This document shows, piece after piece, positions 37,755-51,200 of a stretch of 64,000 bases of DNA; position 1 is the first letter of the stretch, and every line of letters starts with the position of its first letter. A program made the translations under genes and the position numbers. The DNA is from Chiloscyllium plagiosum (lineage: Eukaryota). The notes under the pieces are model-generated. The model was not told the DNA's origin. It searched no databases and saw nothing but the letters and a program-made list of their open reading frames with translations. The DNA is taken from NCBI RefSeq assembly GCF_004010195.1, contig NC_057756.1:4855211-4919210 (forward strand). Direction: 5' to 3'.

Positions 37755-37865
37755 TATCTGGTGTGGCACAGCGTGTGAGTCTTTACTGAACATAAGTGAC
37801 GTTAAGTGACATGTTGAGCGTGTGTGCAGTTGGCAGGAATCTTTACAGTTTTCACCAACACCAGC
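37755..37865 (+). pseudogene. V-alpha-like 5' half (paralog of 21208 unit), truncated by a SINE
   Basis: HSV*VFTEH..VTLSDMLSVCAVGRNLYSFHQH; DNA match acagcgtg..actgaaca with 21221-21248. Confidence 0.45.
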
Positions 37866-38119
37866 TCTGTCAGAGGTGGTTAGCTCAGTTGGCTGGACGG
37901 CTGGTCCACCATGCACAGCGACGGCCAATTCACACTCACCCGGACGAAGGACTCTGCTCTCAATCTTTCCCCTCGCCTGTGACCCTCGCGTTAAAACACC
38001 CCCAGTCGTCTCTCTAACGAGAAACCAGATCATACTTTCTCTAATCGTCCCTCACTTTCCGCTCCCTTCTTCGCGCCATCAGATTTCCACCTCCCCTTGC
38101 CCGCTTTCCCCTTCCTTCT

Positions 38120-38375
38120 ATCCTCAGTTCCCAGTCGCTCTCACCAAACTGACGCACACGCATTAAAGATGGAGGCGAAAGCGATGCTGAATTGAAAATG
38201 GGCGGCAGACATGCCAAATATTCTCCAGTCCCTGGGTGACATTGATTTGAGAAATACCAAGAACTCGCTGTGGACTCAAGTTACAGACCAACTGAGCTCG
38301 CCTTGATGATTTGCAAGTGTTAGCAACATTTCAGGGAGCAAGTCAATTGTATTTGAGTTATATCCAAACTGTGAC
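38120..38375 (-). pseudogene. Decayed V-beta-like segment
   Basis: DITQ..QGE..QLVCNL..HSEF-WY..QINVTQGLENI..ESD. Confidence 0.5.
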
Positions 38376-41059
38376 TGTGATTGTTTCCCCTCCGCCACTG
38401 GTGAAACTGATAAACTTTTTCGACAACATTGCAAAGTAAATTAAACTGGTGATTGTTAACATTTATTGTCTGTTCCGGTTTCTCCAGTTCAGGTCAACCC
38501 CGGTCTCCTTACAGAAAGGGGAGAAGAAAGAGGTAGGAAAAAGTGTGGAAAATACTCTCTCTCACTCACTCACACACACACACACAGAGTGTGGGAGAGA
38601 CTGGCAGATACAGGAAGAAAGAGAGGACCTGAGTTAGGGTGACACGGTGGCTCAGTGGTTAGCACTGTTGCCTCACAGCGCCAGGGACGCGGGTTCAATA
38701 CCAGTCTCGGGCAACTGTTTGTGTGGAGTTTGCACATGCTCTCCGAGTCTGCGCGGGTTTCCTCCCACAGTCCAAAAATGTGCAGGCTAGGTGAATTGGC
38801 CATGCTAAATTGTCCTATAGTGTTAGGTGCATGGGTGAGGTAAAACGGGTCTGGGCGGGTTACTCTTCGGAGAGTCGGTGTTGGGCCGAATGGCCTGTTT
38901 CCACACTGTAGATAATCTAATCTTAACATGAATCGGTGGAGGTGAGATTACAGAGAGTCAGGACGGTAAAGGAAAGTTTGAAAATAATAGCTAAGCTACT
39001 GGGCGGCACGGTGGCTCAGAGGTGAACACTCCTGACTGACAGGACCCGGGTTCGATTCCAGTCTCGGGTGACTGTGTGGAGTTTGCACATTTTCTCGCGT
39101 GATCCAAAGATGTGCAGGAAAATTCATGCTAAATTGACCCACAGTGTTAGGTGCATTAGATTAGATTCCTTACAGTGTGGAAACAGGCCCTTCAGCCCAA
39201 CCAGTCCACACCGACCCTCTGAAGAGTAACCCACCCAGACCCAGTTCCCTCTGATTAATGCACCTAATGCTATGGGCAATTTAGCATGGCCAATCCATCC
39301 TAACCTCCACATCTTTTGGATTGTGGGAGGAAACCCACGCAGGCACAGGGAGAAAGTGCAAACTCCACACAGACAGTCGCCCCTAGGTTGGAATCGAACC
39401 CTGGTGCTGTGATGTGGGTGGGTTACTCTTCAGAGGGTCGGTGTTGGACGTGTTGAGTCTAGGTTAGAGTGGTGCTGGAAAAGCACAGCAGGTCAGGCAG
39501 CACCCAAGGAGCAGGAAAATCGACGTTTCGGGCAAAAAGCTCTCATCATTCCTGAGCAGAATCGACAATGTCGGGAATCATATCTAACCCCCTCAGGACT
39601 GAGAATGAAGAATTCCTTCCCTCACAGAGTTGTGAACGTGTGGAATTCACTCCCACAGGAAGGTGCTGGGGCCAATTCGTTAGATACATTCAAGAGGGAG
39701 CTGGTGATGCCCTTGTTGCTAAAGGGATCAAGGGTTTTGGAGAGGACGCGGGAATGGGATACTGAGAATCACATGATCAGCCATGGAATGGCGTGGCAGG
39801 TTAGAGGGGCCGAGCGGCCTACTCCTGCGCGTCTTTTCTCTGGAAGACAAAGGCGGGGGGGCAGGGAGAGATGGGGAGACAGATACATTTATACGAGTAC
39901 ATCGCAAGAGACAGCCAAAACAAAAACCAGAAACTCAGCAAGTCTGGCACTACCTGAAGGAAGAAAGCAGAATTAACGTTGCAAGTTCATAGAAAGTTAG
40001 AAGGAGACACGTTGAAAGATTTAGGGGAATGGAATGGAGCGAGTCGAATGCAGAGGGTTGACACACAAGCGAGGGAGTCGGACAGAGAGAATTTATGGAA
40101 AAAAAAACAGATGCTGAGTTTGCGAGAAAAAGCTACGCGCGATAGAAACAAAGATATGATATTGGGTTAATGGAAACTGAAGTGATGCGATAGAGAGAGA
40201 CGGGGCACGGGCAGTGAGCGGGTTCGATAAGGCCAGGCGAAGACAGTAATCAAAGCGAGGAGGCACACAGAGGAGAGAGACAGAGGGCTCAAGCAGAGAG
40301 CGAGAGGCTCATAAAGGGAACAGGCAAGGGAGAGAGAAAGTGACCGGCAGAGACAACACACAGGGAGAGATAAGACAGTACAGCAGAGAAAAACTTATTT
40401 ATTAGTGATAACTTTGCTTTGCAAACAAATTGCAAATGTAAACTACTGGTCTTCAGCCACTTGGCCTATATACTAATGGACTAGAGTGCTTTAAACATGT
40501 AAGTTTCCTAGCATTTGCAGATTCTGTTAGGTGATCAAACCGAGTGTTTGAAAGGTAGAGGCAGAGGATTTTAGATTAGATTAGATTCCCTACAGTGTGG
40601 AAACAGGCCCTTCGGCCCTCCGAAGAGTAACCCACCCAGACCCGTTTCACCTGACCTGCACTTCTTTGGACAGTGGGAGGAAACCGGAGCACCCGGAGGA
40701 CATTCACACAGACACGGGGAGAATGTGCAAACAGACAGTCGCACGGGGCTGGAATCGAACCTGGGTCCCTGGTGCTGTGAGGGAAAAGTGCTAACCCCTG
40801 AGCTACGGTGGGGAAGAAAAAGAGCAGACAGAGAGAACAGAGAGAGAGAGTTGGGTGGGGGGGGGGGGGGGGTGCGTTGATATAGAAAGGGAACACGCAG
40901 AGCGGAAAAAAAGATCAGAGAGAGAGAAGCGCTGAGAAATGATTAAGTGAGAGAGGGGGAGAAACAAAACTCTCGAGGCATCCTGAGAGAGAAAACTTGG
41001 GAGAGGTGGAGACAAAGCGAGGGACTGACTTTTACTGAGCGCTACATCAAATAACTCAT

Positions 41060-41490
41060 TCCTGGATATTATTCTACCTGTGTATAACTATCCCTATGTA
41101 TTGACTGTCTACGAGATATCATTGATAATCGGTAGAATTTCACACCAGGAATCGCTTCTTCATACACAGGGTCAGGTTACTCACATTCAGCACATTCTCC
41201 AGCCCAGTCTCCTCCGATTGTATTTCAGTGCTGTCTGGAGAGAAATCAGTGTCAGTTAGTGCAGTGTGACGCATGGTTCTGCTTGGAACAGTCATTTCAC
41301 ACCCCGAAAGCCTGATGTGTGACATGACAAGGCACGGAATGGGTCAAATCCAGGTCACCAACACCAACCGCCCCCCCCACCTTCCTTGATCCACTTCCTC
41401 GCATGAGATTCCCCCTTGAACGAACGCCAGGCAGGCTGCACTGCAAATCCACCAGTATAATTCAGGAGGGTTGCGGTTCCTCCGAAGCAG
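41060..41490 (+). pseudogene. Two adjacent V-like remnants
   Basis: DIIL.C..cattgataatcggtag (H-W-Y-R-Q relic); VQCD..HQHQPPPPPSLIH; MRFPLE..NARQAALQI.TSIIQEG.GS. Confidence 0.55.
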
Positions 41491-42065
41491 ACCGAGATTT
41501 GTAAGGGGCACCCGAGGTGTGAATATGTGGCATCTACTCTCTTTGTGGGGACGTCGATCTGTGTTACAACAGCATTCAGCAGAGGTGACAAGAGAAAAGG
41601 GAACAGAGAGAGAGTGATTTGAATCACTCTCTGTCTCTCTCTCTCTCTGTCACTCCCTCTCTGTCGCTCTGTTTTTTTCACTCTTTTTCTGTCTCTCACT
41701 CTGTGTCCCATTTGTTTTCTCTCTCTCACACCCTTTGTATCTCTCCCTCTCTGTTCTTCTCTCTCTTTTCTGATTCTTTATCAATCTCCCCCGCGCTCTC
41801 TCTCTGTTTTCTTTCTGTGTGTTCCCTTTCACTCTCTCCCTCTCCCATTTTTTTTCCTTTCTGGTCTCTCCCTCTTTGTGTGTCTCTCCCTTTCTTTCTG
41901 TTCACTTTCTCTCTCCCTCTCTCTCTATCCACCCCACCCCCCCATGTCTTTCTCTCTCCCTCTCTCTCTATCCACCCCACCCCCCCATGTCTCTCCCTTT
42001 CTCTCTGTGTACGTTCACTCCTCCTCAGTACTTTTTGTCTCTTTCTTCTCCTTTTTTTCGAATAG

Positions 42066-42370
42066 ACCAGAAACTGTGCAGAAGTTATCCAAAACGTTTC
42101 CCACAATATAAAAGGAAGGACACGTACATATTTCTTTTAAATAAGCTGTGAAGCAGAGGCGAGGATACCTTAGGTTTTGATAACAGTTCTGCAAAATACG
42201 AGTCCATACTGCCTTATCGAGGTGAGAGACAGAGACAGTCTGCCACCCACGTGTTAAACATCTTAAACTACTAGACATAACAAAGTGGCAGTTAGATAAC
42301 AAAGTGGCAGTATAAAATAAAACAGCACATGCACACAGTTGATCAGGAAATCTGTGGTCACAAACTCCTT
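42066..42370 (+). pseudogene. Decayed V-beta-like exon with RSS relic
   Basis: Polypyrimidine acceptor gaatag|; one frame DTYIF....GEDTLGF..AKYE..QRQSATHVLNILNY*T*QSGS; 16-bp tandem duplication over the YxC position; CACAGTT (42334)..cacaaactcc with shortened spacer. Confidence 0.6.
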
Positions 42371-43779
42371 CAAAAGGCAAGTCTCTTCAAGGACAGGGGG
42401 TGAAATACACACATTTAGTCTCGTTGCCAGTGAGACACAGAAACCATCTTGAACTTCCTCCTCAGACTAAACAGAATCACCGTCTCTGCGCTGTTTTAAG
42501 GCCATAAAAAAATAGGAAAAGGAGTGGGCCATTTGACCCATGCTCAACCATCCAACAGGATCATCTGCTGATCCTACTTTCCCTCCGACTCCCCATAAAC
42601 CCTTGAAACCCCGACTGATCAAGACTCGATCTCAGCCTTCAATATTCGCAAGGACTCTCCCCCACAGCTCTCGAGAAGCAAGGAGTTCCAAAGACACACG
42701 ACTCTCTGAGGGAAGAAATTCCTTCTTATCTCAGTCTTAAATCCGCGCCCCTTTGTTCTGAGACTGTGCCCTCTGGCCCTAGGGTCTCCCTTGAGGGGAA
42801 ACATTCACTCAGAATTGGCCTGGTCACACCCTGTAAGAACCCTGTACATTTCAATGAGATCACTTCTCATTCTTGTCACCTCCAGTGAATAGAGTCACAA
42901 CCTATTTTGGCTTGGCTCAAAAGACATATTGGGGATCATCCTCGTCAACTTTCTTTGAACTGCCCCCATTAAAATAATATCTTCCCTAAAATAAGAAGCC
43001 CGAGAGGTGCCAGTGAGAGCACATCTGGAGCACTGAGAGTAGTTTTGATTGATTTGTTGATTGATTGATTCTCAATTGTACTGAATTACAGTGAAAAGCT
43101 TTGTTTATGAGCAGTACAGGCTGATGGAAGGACTCACTAGGCTCAAATAATGCTGACCTTGCTAAAGTTCCTCTTGCCTGATCCATGCCCTGTGCAATGT
43201 AACATGCTTGCCTCTGTCTAACTTAGATTTAGAATAGATTCCCTACAGTGTGGAAACAGGCCCTTTGGCCCAACAAGTCCACACCGACCCTCTGAACAGT
43301 AATCCACCCAGACCAGTTTTACCTCTGACTAATGCACCTAACACAATGGGTAATTTAGCATGGCCAATTCACCTGACCTGCATATCTTTGGATTGTGGGA
43401 GGAAACCAGAGCACCTGGAGGAAACCCCATGTAGACAAGGGGAGAATGTGCAAACTCCACACAGACAGTCGCCCGAGGCTGGGATTGAACCCGGGTCCCT
43501 GGTGCTTTGAGGCAGCAGCGCTAACCAACTCTTCTGATCTGAACATCATTTCTTACTATGATTCGTCTGTAATGCTGGTCAACAAATGTTTTCACTGTAC
43601 TTTGGTACACATGACAATAAATCAACCAATCAATAAGTCAATCAATCAACACTGCTCCAGATGTGCTGCCACCAAGTTGCAGTAAGATATCCCTTGTCTT
43701 ACATTCCAACCCCTTTGAAAGAAGGAATACTTTGTGGCTTTGTATGCTCTAAGTACAGGGGTGTGTGGTCTTTTCATTC

Positions 43780-44010
43780 TTCAATAGAACTTGGGACAGA
43801 TGAGGTGACAGAATTGCTTTGGTGTAGAAGTGCCAGGAAAATCCCAGGCTCGCTCCATAACCTGTTACTCCTCACAGACAAGTTGATAGTCATGGCTTGT
43901 GATTGTATGAGAGCACTGTGAAATTTTGGCCACTTCATTACGGTGACCTGGCTTCACCTTAATTCATTTAGTACAGAATTGACAGCCAGGCCTTTGCACC
44001 CTCTAGCTGT
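43780..44010 (+). pseudogene. Decayed V-like segment
   Basis: ELLWCR-VPGKS..LL; TWLHLNSFSTELTA. Confidence 0.45.
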
Positions 44011-44819
44011 GATTGTTCTTACGACCATTCTGGATATCTTTTTAATTCCTGATTCCTAATGAAGGTCTTATGCCCAAAACATTGATTCTCCTGCTCCTCA
44101 GCTGCTGTCTGACCTGCTGTGCTTTGCCAGTGCCACGCTCTTGACTCTGATCTCCGGCATCTGCACTCCTCACTTTCTCTTTTTAATCAACCCATTCAAA
44201 GCCTAATGTTAGTGTACATCCACCACACAGCCTCAGTCATGAAGTTTGGCATGATACCTGTATTGATATCCAACTGGATACAGTCATTTTCATCAATTGG
44301 CCCAGACCAGTATATTATAACCCACCTCCACCTCAAGAAAATCTTGAACCTGGATCTGTTGGTGTGACATGACAACCATGTCTTAAAACACTCATAATGG
44401 AAACATCAGTCAGAACAGTTTTTGGACTCAGGTGCCAAGTGTGAGACTTGAATGCACAACCATCTAATTCTGAGGTGGAAATATTCTCCATTGAGCCTGA
44501 GGAATATTAAGAGCTTCCCACATTCTATTGTCCTTAAATATGAGATAACGGAGAATGGTCCTGTGCCATGTCCTAATAAACACTATCTCTCATCAGTCCC
44601 TTGCTCTCATTGATGTATGTTGACCCTTGCATTATTAGTTTCATATTCTTTGTTGCTAAATCTCTCCATGCCCTTAATCTTCTATATAGGGGGCAGTAAT
44701 GAGCAGCATTATCACATTATGTCCCCTGCCGAACATGCTCAGCAGTTCACTTGCTCTCGATACTTAACTTACAATAGGACAACCCTCCCCAAATATGCCT
44801 TCCAACTCTGCAGTTCTTT

Positions 44820-46345
44820 CTCAGTACTGACTTCCACAGTGCAACTCCCCTCAGTACTGCTCCCGAGTCATAAACCTGTCCCTCAACACTACCTTTCTAA
44901 CAGATTCCCGACTGCAATTCTCCTTCAGTACTGAGTGCAGCACTCCTGCAGTACTAAGCCACTGACAGTGCAGGGCCACCTCAGTACTGAGCCTTCGACA
45001 TCCCAGTACACTCTCAGTATTGACATTCTGACTGTGCAGCACTCCCACAGTACTGACCCTCCAACAGTCCAGCACTCCCTCAGTACTGACCATCCAACCA
45101 TGCAGCACTTCATCAGTACTACCTTCCGACAGTGTGATACTCCCTGTACTGGCTCTCTGACAGTACAACACTCCCTGAATACTGGCCCTCTGACAATGCA
45201 TCACTCCCTCATCACTGACTGCCCAACAGTACAGTATTCCCTGAGAACTGATCCGCTGATAGTGCCACACTCCCTCAGAACTGATCCACTGATAGTGCAG
45301 CACTCCCTCAGTACTGACTCTCTGAAAGTGTGGCGCTCCCTCAACATTGACCCTCTGATAGTGCTGCAGTCCCTCAATACTGGACCTCTGACAATGCAGC
45401 ATTCCCTCAGTACTGACTCTCTGACAGTGTGGTGCTCCCTCAACACTGACCATCTGATAGTGCTGCAGTCCCTCAGTCCTGGACAGCTGACAGTGCAGTA
45501 TTCCCTCATTACTGACCCTTTGACAGTGCAGTATTCTTTCAGTACTGACTGTCTGGTAAGTGCTGCAGTCCCTCATTATTGACCATCTGGCATTGCAGCA
45601 CTCCCTCAGTACTGACCATCTGACAGTGCAGCACTACCTCAGTACTGACTCTGTGACAATACAGCACTCCCTGAGTACTGACCTTCCAATAGTACAGCAC
45701 TCCCTCATTACTGACCCTATGACAATGTAGTATTCCCTCCCTCCGACAGTGCAGCACTCCCTCAGCACTGAACCTCTGACAGTGCAGTGCTCCCTCAGCA
45801 CTGACCCTCCGACAGTGTGGCACTCCCTCAGTACCGACTCTCTGACAGTGCAGTGCTCCCTGAGTACTGACTCTGTGACAATACAGCACTCCCTGAGTAC
45901 TGACCTTCCAATAGTACATCACTCCCTCATTACTAACCCTATGACAATGTAGTATTCCCTCCCTCCGACAGTGCAGCACTCCCTCAGCACTGACCCTCTG
46001 ACAGTGCAGTACTCCCTCAGCACTGACCCTCCGACAGTGTGGCACTCCCTCAGTACCGACTCTCTGACAGTGCAGCACTCCCTCTGTACTGACTCTCTGC
46101 TAGTACAGTATTCCCTCAGTGCTGACTCTCTGACAGCGCAGTGCTCCCTCAGTACTGACTATCTGACAGCGCAGCCCTCCCCCAGCACTGACTATCTGAT
46201 AGTGTGGCGCTCCCTCAGTACTGACTCTCTGACAGCGCAGTGCTCCCTCAGTACTGACTATCTGACAGTGTGGCGCTCCCTCAGTACTGACTCTCTGACA
46301 CTGCAGCGCTCCCTCAGCACTGACTCTCTGTGCAGCACGCCGTCA
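44820..46345 (-). repeat. Same 33-bp minisatellite in the opposite orientation, ~45 units
   Basis: (cactccctcagtactgaccctctgacagtgcag)n. Confidence 0.95.
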
Positions 46346-46439
46346 GCATGATCACTGGCAAAATACAAGCCTCAACAGTCTGGCACAGTGGCTTTAACTA
46401 TTTGTGTTGGCTACACTGGGCTTTAAAACTACCAACTTT

Positions 46440-46655
46440 TAGCTCAATTGATAAATTTGGAAATATGAATAATTAGGGAGAAAAGAAAGAAATGCCAGAG
46501 AGATTTAAACAGTTGGAACTTATTGGACTCTGGAGAAATACGGAAGAAAAGGCGAGACAGTGTAGTGAGATTCTCATCCAGAAAGTAAAGGAATTGAGTT
46601 TTTGTACAGCTGTTAACCACAATAGCTTTGGCAGAGAGGTGAGGTGAAAACCAAT
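46440..46655 (+). pseudogene. Decayed V-beta-like 3' half
   Basis: KEMPERFKQLELIGL..RQCSEILIQKVKELSFCTAVN then CACAATA..gtgaaaacc. A further NCE..YHSLS*.R relic at ~46720-46790. Confidence 0.45.
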
Positions 46656-48503
46656 CTGTTTGATTGACTTGGGTTCGTCAGCCTTTGGAAGGCTGAGACA
46701 ACAGATTGTGGTTAACCTGCAGTGAACTGTGAGGGAGTCATCTAATTCTGACTCATATCACAGCCTCAGCTGAAGCCGCTGTGTTGGAGGCTCGAAGCAG
46801 ACCTGCAAAAGATTCTGCCAAAGATTGCAAGAAATTAGGGCAGAAGAAAGAAGAAGTGGGACGTCCCATGGAGGATGCCCCACCATCCAATTCTCCCATG
46901 GTCAATCCTTGACCTTACTTCCACTTTGCCGCTTAATCCCCTTTCTTCCTGACCCATTTGACATTTATCTTTGACTGGAGGGCATTGTTGGCTGGGGATA
47001 GCAACTGTTGGCCATTCCTGGTTGGAGAAGCTGATGAGCTGCCTTCTTTAACCACTACTTTCCTCCTTGTATCAGTGCTCCCACAGCAATCCTATTAAGG
47101 GATATTGCTGCAAGCTCAAGTGAACATGGTTGTGGTTCCAAGACCAAATGTTGTGTGACTTGGAAGGGAATTTGCAGCTAGTGGTGCTTCCAATAATCTG
47201 CCGCCCTAGTCTGTAGATAGGAGTTGAAGAAAATGATGAATGGGAACAAGGATTTTGGAGCCCTGTCCATCGTTCAAACAGATCATGGCTGACTTTTCAG
47301 TTCAACACAATTTTCCTGCAATACCCTTTCATGCTTTTGAAAAGACAAACATCTACCAATCTCAGACTTGAACAGCATCAATGATTGAGCCTCTGTAGAT
47401 CTCTGCAGTCAAGAATTCCATGTCTGCAAGCCTAAAATTAATGTCCTCCAGAGAAGGAAAAATGTTGGCCTTAACTCGTCTGATCTATACCTGACTCCAG
47501 ATCCACAGCAATGCGGTAACGCTCTAAATCCTCCGCCACTCAGTTTACCTAAATGCTAAAACGTATTGGAGAAGGAATGAAAAGAGATAGATCAACTGGT
47601 GTTGACCTAGGCACCTGGATCAACAACAGAAAACTTGGCTCTGTCGATGCTGTAATATACTCCTTATTCATACCTGAGGTCTAATGATAAAATTGGGAAA
47701 GCTTTCTCATAGATTAGGCGAGTAACAGTCTGACATAGTCATCCTCACGATAAAATACTTTACAAAGTCTCAGACAACATCATCCTTGCGGAGACAAAGC
47801 TTGAGTGAACAGTACAGGAGAGCAAAAGGTAAAAACAATGACTGCAGATGCTAGAAACCAGATTCTGGATCAGTGGTGCTGGAAGAGCACAGCAATTCAG
47901 GCAGCATCCGAGGACAGGCAAAATCGACGTTTCGGGCAAAAGCCCTTCATCAGGAATAAAGGCAGAGAGATCCAGAAAATGGGATGAAGGCCTTGTTTAG
48001 CTGGGGAGTGGAATATAGGAGCAAGGACGTCTTGTTACAATTTTATAAGACATTGGTTAGGCTACAGAGCACAGTTCTGGTCACCATACTATAGGAAGAA
48101 TGTGATTGAACTGGAGGAGAGGCAGAGGACATTCACCAGGAAGTTGCCTGGAATGGAAAGTCTCAGTTATGAGGAGAGACTGGATAGGCTGGATTTGTTT
48201 TCCCTGGAGCAGAGAAGGCTGAGGGGGTTCTGACTGACATGTACAAAATTATGAGAGGCACGGACAGTGTAGATTGTGAGAATCTCTTCCCCATGGCTGG
48301 CATTTCTAAGACCAAATTGCCAGAGTATAATAGGCTCTGGACCAAGTGCAAGTAAATGGGATTAGTTTAGTTTGGTGTCTGTTGGTCAGCACAGACATGG
48401 TGGGCTGAAGGGCCTGTTTCTATGCTGTTTGTCTGAGTGACTCTATGATTACACTGAGTGAAAGGTGTGACACGTGAGAGAATACCTGGGGTAGGATGTG
48501 TCA

Positions 48504-48783
48504 CATCCCTGGTGGTGGGGTCTGTTTGGAGGTGGCGGAAATGTCGGCGGATGATTTGGTTTATGCGAAGGTTGGTAGGGTGGAAGGTGAGCACCAGGGG
48601 CGTTCTGTCCTTGTTGCGGTTGGAGGGGTTGGGTCTGAGGGCGGAGGTGCGGGATGTGGATGAGATGCGTTGGAGGGCATCTTTAACCACGTGGGAAGGG
48701 AAATTGCGGTCTCTAAAGAAGGAGGCCATCTGGTGTGTTCTATGGTGGAACTGCTCCTCCTGGGAGCAGATACGGCGGAGGCG
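48504..48783 (-). mobile_element. Penelope-like RT C-terminal (thumb/linker) coding fragment
   Basis: Translates RLRRICSQEEQFHHRTHQMASFFRDRNFP..RTPLVLTFHPTN..IIRRHFRHLQTDP, typical of vertebrate Penelope ORFs. Confidence 0.85.
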
Positions 48784-49579
48784 TATCTAAAAATAAGCTG
48801 CCAACCTGGTGAGGCATGGAGGCTCACTAGTGAGCACTGCTGCCCCCTAGCGCCAGAGACCCGGGTTTGATTCCAGCCTCAGGCGACTGTCTGTGTGCAG
48901 TTTGCACACTTTCCCTCTGTGTGTGTGGGTTTCCTCTGGGCGCATCTGATTTCCTCCCACAGTCCAAAGATGTGCAGGTTAAGGTGGATTAGCTATGCTA
49001 AATTGCCCATTGTGTCCAGGGATTTGCAGGCTAGGTGGGTTAGCCATAAGAAATGGAAAGTTACAGGAATAGGTTGGCTGCGAGTGGGATGATCTTCAGA
49101 AGTTCAGTGTGGACTCGACAGGCTGAATGGCCCGATTCCACACTGTCGGGATTCTGTGATCTGGTCGGACACGTTGGGCAACCATCACTCAGCTTGTGAC
49201 TCATTACAGCCTTGGGTCAAATGTGGATTAAACTGCTGACATATGGAACTCTTGTGTGCATGATAGCATCTCGATCTCTTGAACCAAGAGACCTAGGCTG
49301 AAGCTCCACCTGCTTCAGAGCTGTAGAATTGACAAAACAAAATGACGTGGAGGTGCCGGAGTTGGACTGAGGTAGACAAAGTCACACTTAACAGCAATCT
49401 CGGTTTGTTCAATATATCGTTTCAGTTGCATGACATTGTGAATTATTGTTCTAAATTCTGTATCTTATAATCCTGCTCTCCAGGTACCCGAGCAAGGAGT
49501 AGCGGTCCGAAAGCCAGTACTTCCAAATAAACCTGTTGGACTATAACCTGGTATTGTATGATTTTTAACTTAGAAAATA

Positions 49580-49900
49580 TCTGATATCAGGTTGAATGAC
49601 TGAGTCCTCCAGTTGTTCTTCCAACCAGTGGTGGCACTGCAGGGAAGCTGAACATGAGACGCCATCCAGTAAGTACTCCAGCCCAGTGGTGGCGCTGTCA
49701 GGGTGCTGATGAAAGTCTGCACCGCCCTCCAAGGCCAGTGTTGACGCAGCGAACTGAGTGGAGGAGTTGTCCAACCAATAGGGATGCTGTAAGGGAGATA
49801 ATTGACTCCCTTTCAATTGTTTAATATATCCTTCTTCAATTTGCTTAGTAACCTGATGTTAGCAAAGTATAGAGAAACACCCGTCAGAGGGGAAGATGAC
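49580..49900 (-). pseudogene. Decayed TCR V-alpha-like segment with leader
   Basis: Leader-like VFLYTLLTSG|gt (49852); 66-nt intron, cttacag| (49787); one frame DNSSTQFAASTLALEG..FHQHPDSATTGLEYLL..QLEDSVI. Confidence 0.65.
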
Positions 49901-50229
49901 TGAAAATGAGAGGTTGAGAGTTTCTGGCAGATTATTACATGTTTCGGCAGATGAAGATTGTTTGAGATTCTGATGTGCTCTACAGCATCTCACCGATGCC
50001 AATGATATCAGTCGAATTGGGTGGGGGGGTTGGAAGGAACGGGAGTTTCTTATGGATCAATATCCCCCACTCTCCCAGTCTAAGGATGTCTCCAAGCTTG
50101 GTCCTCCCGGTGTTGCCCTGACAGGAGTCACACCAATTCCAATGGCTGCAGAATCAGCTGAATGAGCAGCCTCTCCCCACCCAGAACAGCCGCACATGCT
50201 AATTCAAAGGAATGTTGTGTCTTGTGTCG

Positions 50230-51200
50230 AATCATGTGAAGCTTTACCTGAATGTGTTTGCGATTTCATTCCCTCTGGGCATCTCCATCACTTGGTTTTA
50301 TTCCTTTGCAATATTTGAGTGATGAATTTGTGGTCTGACTTTTTCAGATTTAATGTGGAGGTGCCGGTGTTGGTCTTAATTGGTACTTCCGAATAAACCT
50401 GTTGGACTATTTCCTGGGGTTGTGTGATTTTTAACTTTTCTCAGGTTTAAAACTGCAGGTTTGCCTGTTAATGCATGTACAGGTATTTCAAGTCTCTGTG
50501 CTGCGTTGGGGGAAGGGAAGGAGTGGAACAGAGGAAACCCTGGAGCTAACACATCTAGTTTGTCTCTTCATCAGAATCTTAAGTGAAGCGAAGGTAACAA
50601 GTGTGGATTGTAGGGCATGCGCATGCGTCGCAAGCTCTCTCTCCCTACAGAATGGCCTCTTTCAGTCATTGAGGCCTGTCATGGCCGCGAAGGATTGTGG
50701 GAAAAATCATCGCCATTGCTCCATCCGCAGCTGAGTAACAAAATCAGAAGTGTAGGTAAATTACATTTTTGGGAAATGACGGTGCGTGGTAGAAATTTCA
50801 TTCCACCAGTAAACCAGAAGCCGAGATTTAGTGGGGAAACTCGGATGCGTCACTCCTCATTTGAATAGCTCACTGGAAATCAAACCCTATTATTCCCACT
50901 GTCATCACAAAGGGGAAAAATATTTATCAACCTATCCAAAGTCCCAGTTTACATGTCAGAACGGTTAATAGAAAGCATGGACCTTTTGGGGTTTTTAGCA
51001 AGAACTGCTATTTATTACAAATATGTAGATTCTAACCACAGGCAAATAATTATGAAAACTTCACAGAAACTATACAAGCTAAAATTCAAAGCCCCTTCTC
51101 AAGTACCCTTTTTCGTACACATTTACAGACAAAAAAACGTTGGTGTTATGAGTGGAGGGGAAACCAATACTGGGGAAACAATTCAAAAGCACTAGTCTGC
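50230..51200 (+). pseudogene. Three V-like remnants in series
   Basis: HVKL..ISF..SITWFY (50230-50310); leader LTHLVCLFIRIL..|gtaac, ctacag| (50650), HCSI..KPRFSGE; KLKFKAPS..VHIYRQK..GGETNTGETIQK (51040-51195). Confidence 0.4.

Noticed and set aside
40385..40545. V-like reading (ITLLCK..YW on +, KLTC..VH*Y on -); similar ambiguity at 62280-62550, 30800-31050 and 22380-22620
   Set aside because: Plausible on either strand or too weak, which shows the false-positive risk of manual reading; not called.
41177..41255. Clean 50-nt minus-strand exon (branch point ctaac, ctccag|...|gtgagt)
   Set aside because: No partner exons or homology found, and it is absent from the paralogous block; cannot be supported without RNA-seq.
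41380..41470. NF-kB/ETS/TATA-like conserved 'promoter' shared with 24100-24210
   Set aside because: The shared sequence reads as V FR2-FR3 coding relic (RFPL..IT.IIQ); the motifs are probably incidental.
43914..43970. CACTGTG followed by an F-x-T-x-T J-like string
   Set aside because: No nonamer and no FGxG; fits the FR3 of the V relic instead.
46597..46655. Possible J segment: AGTTTTTGT-12-CACAATA then FGR..VKP-like sequence
   Set aside because: The heptamer lacks the required GTG end and FG is only 2 nt away; better explained as the FC end and RSS relic of a V.
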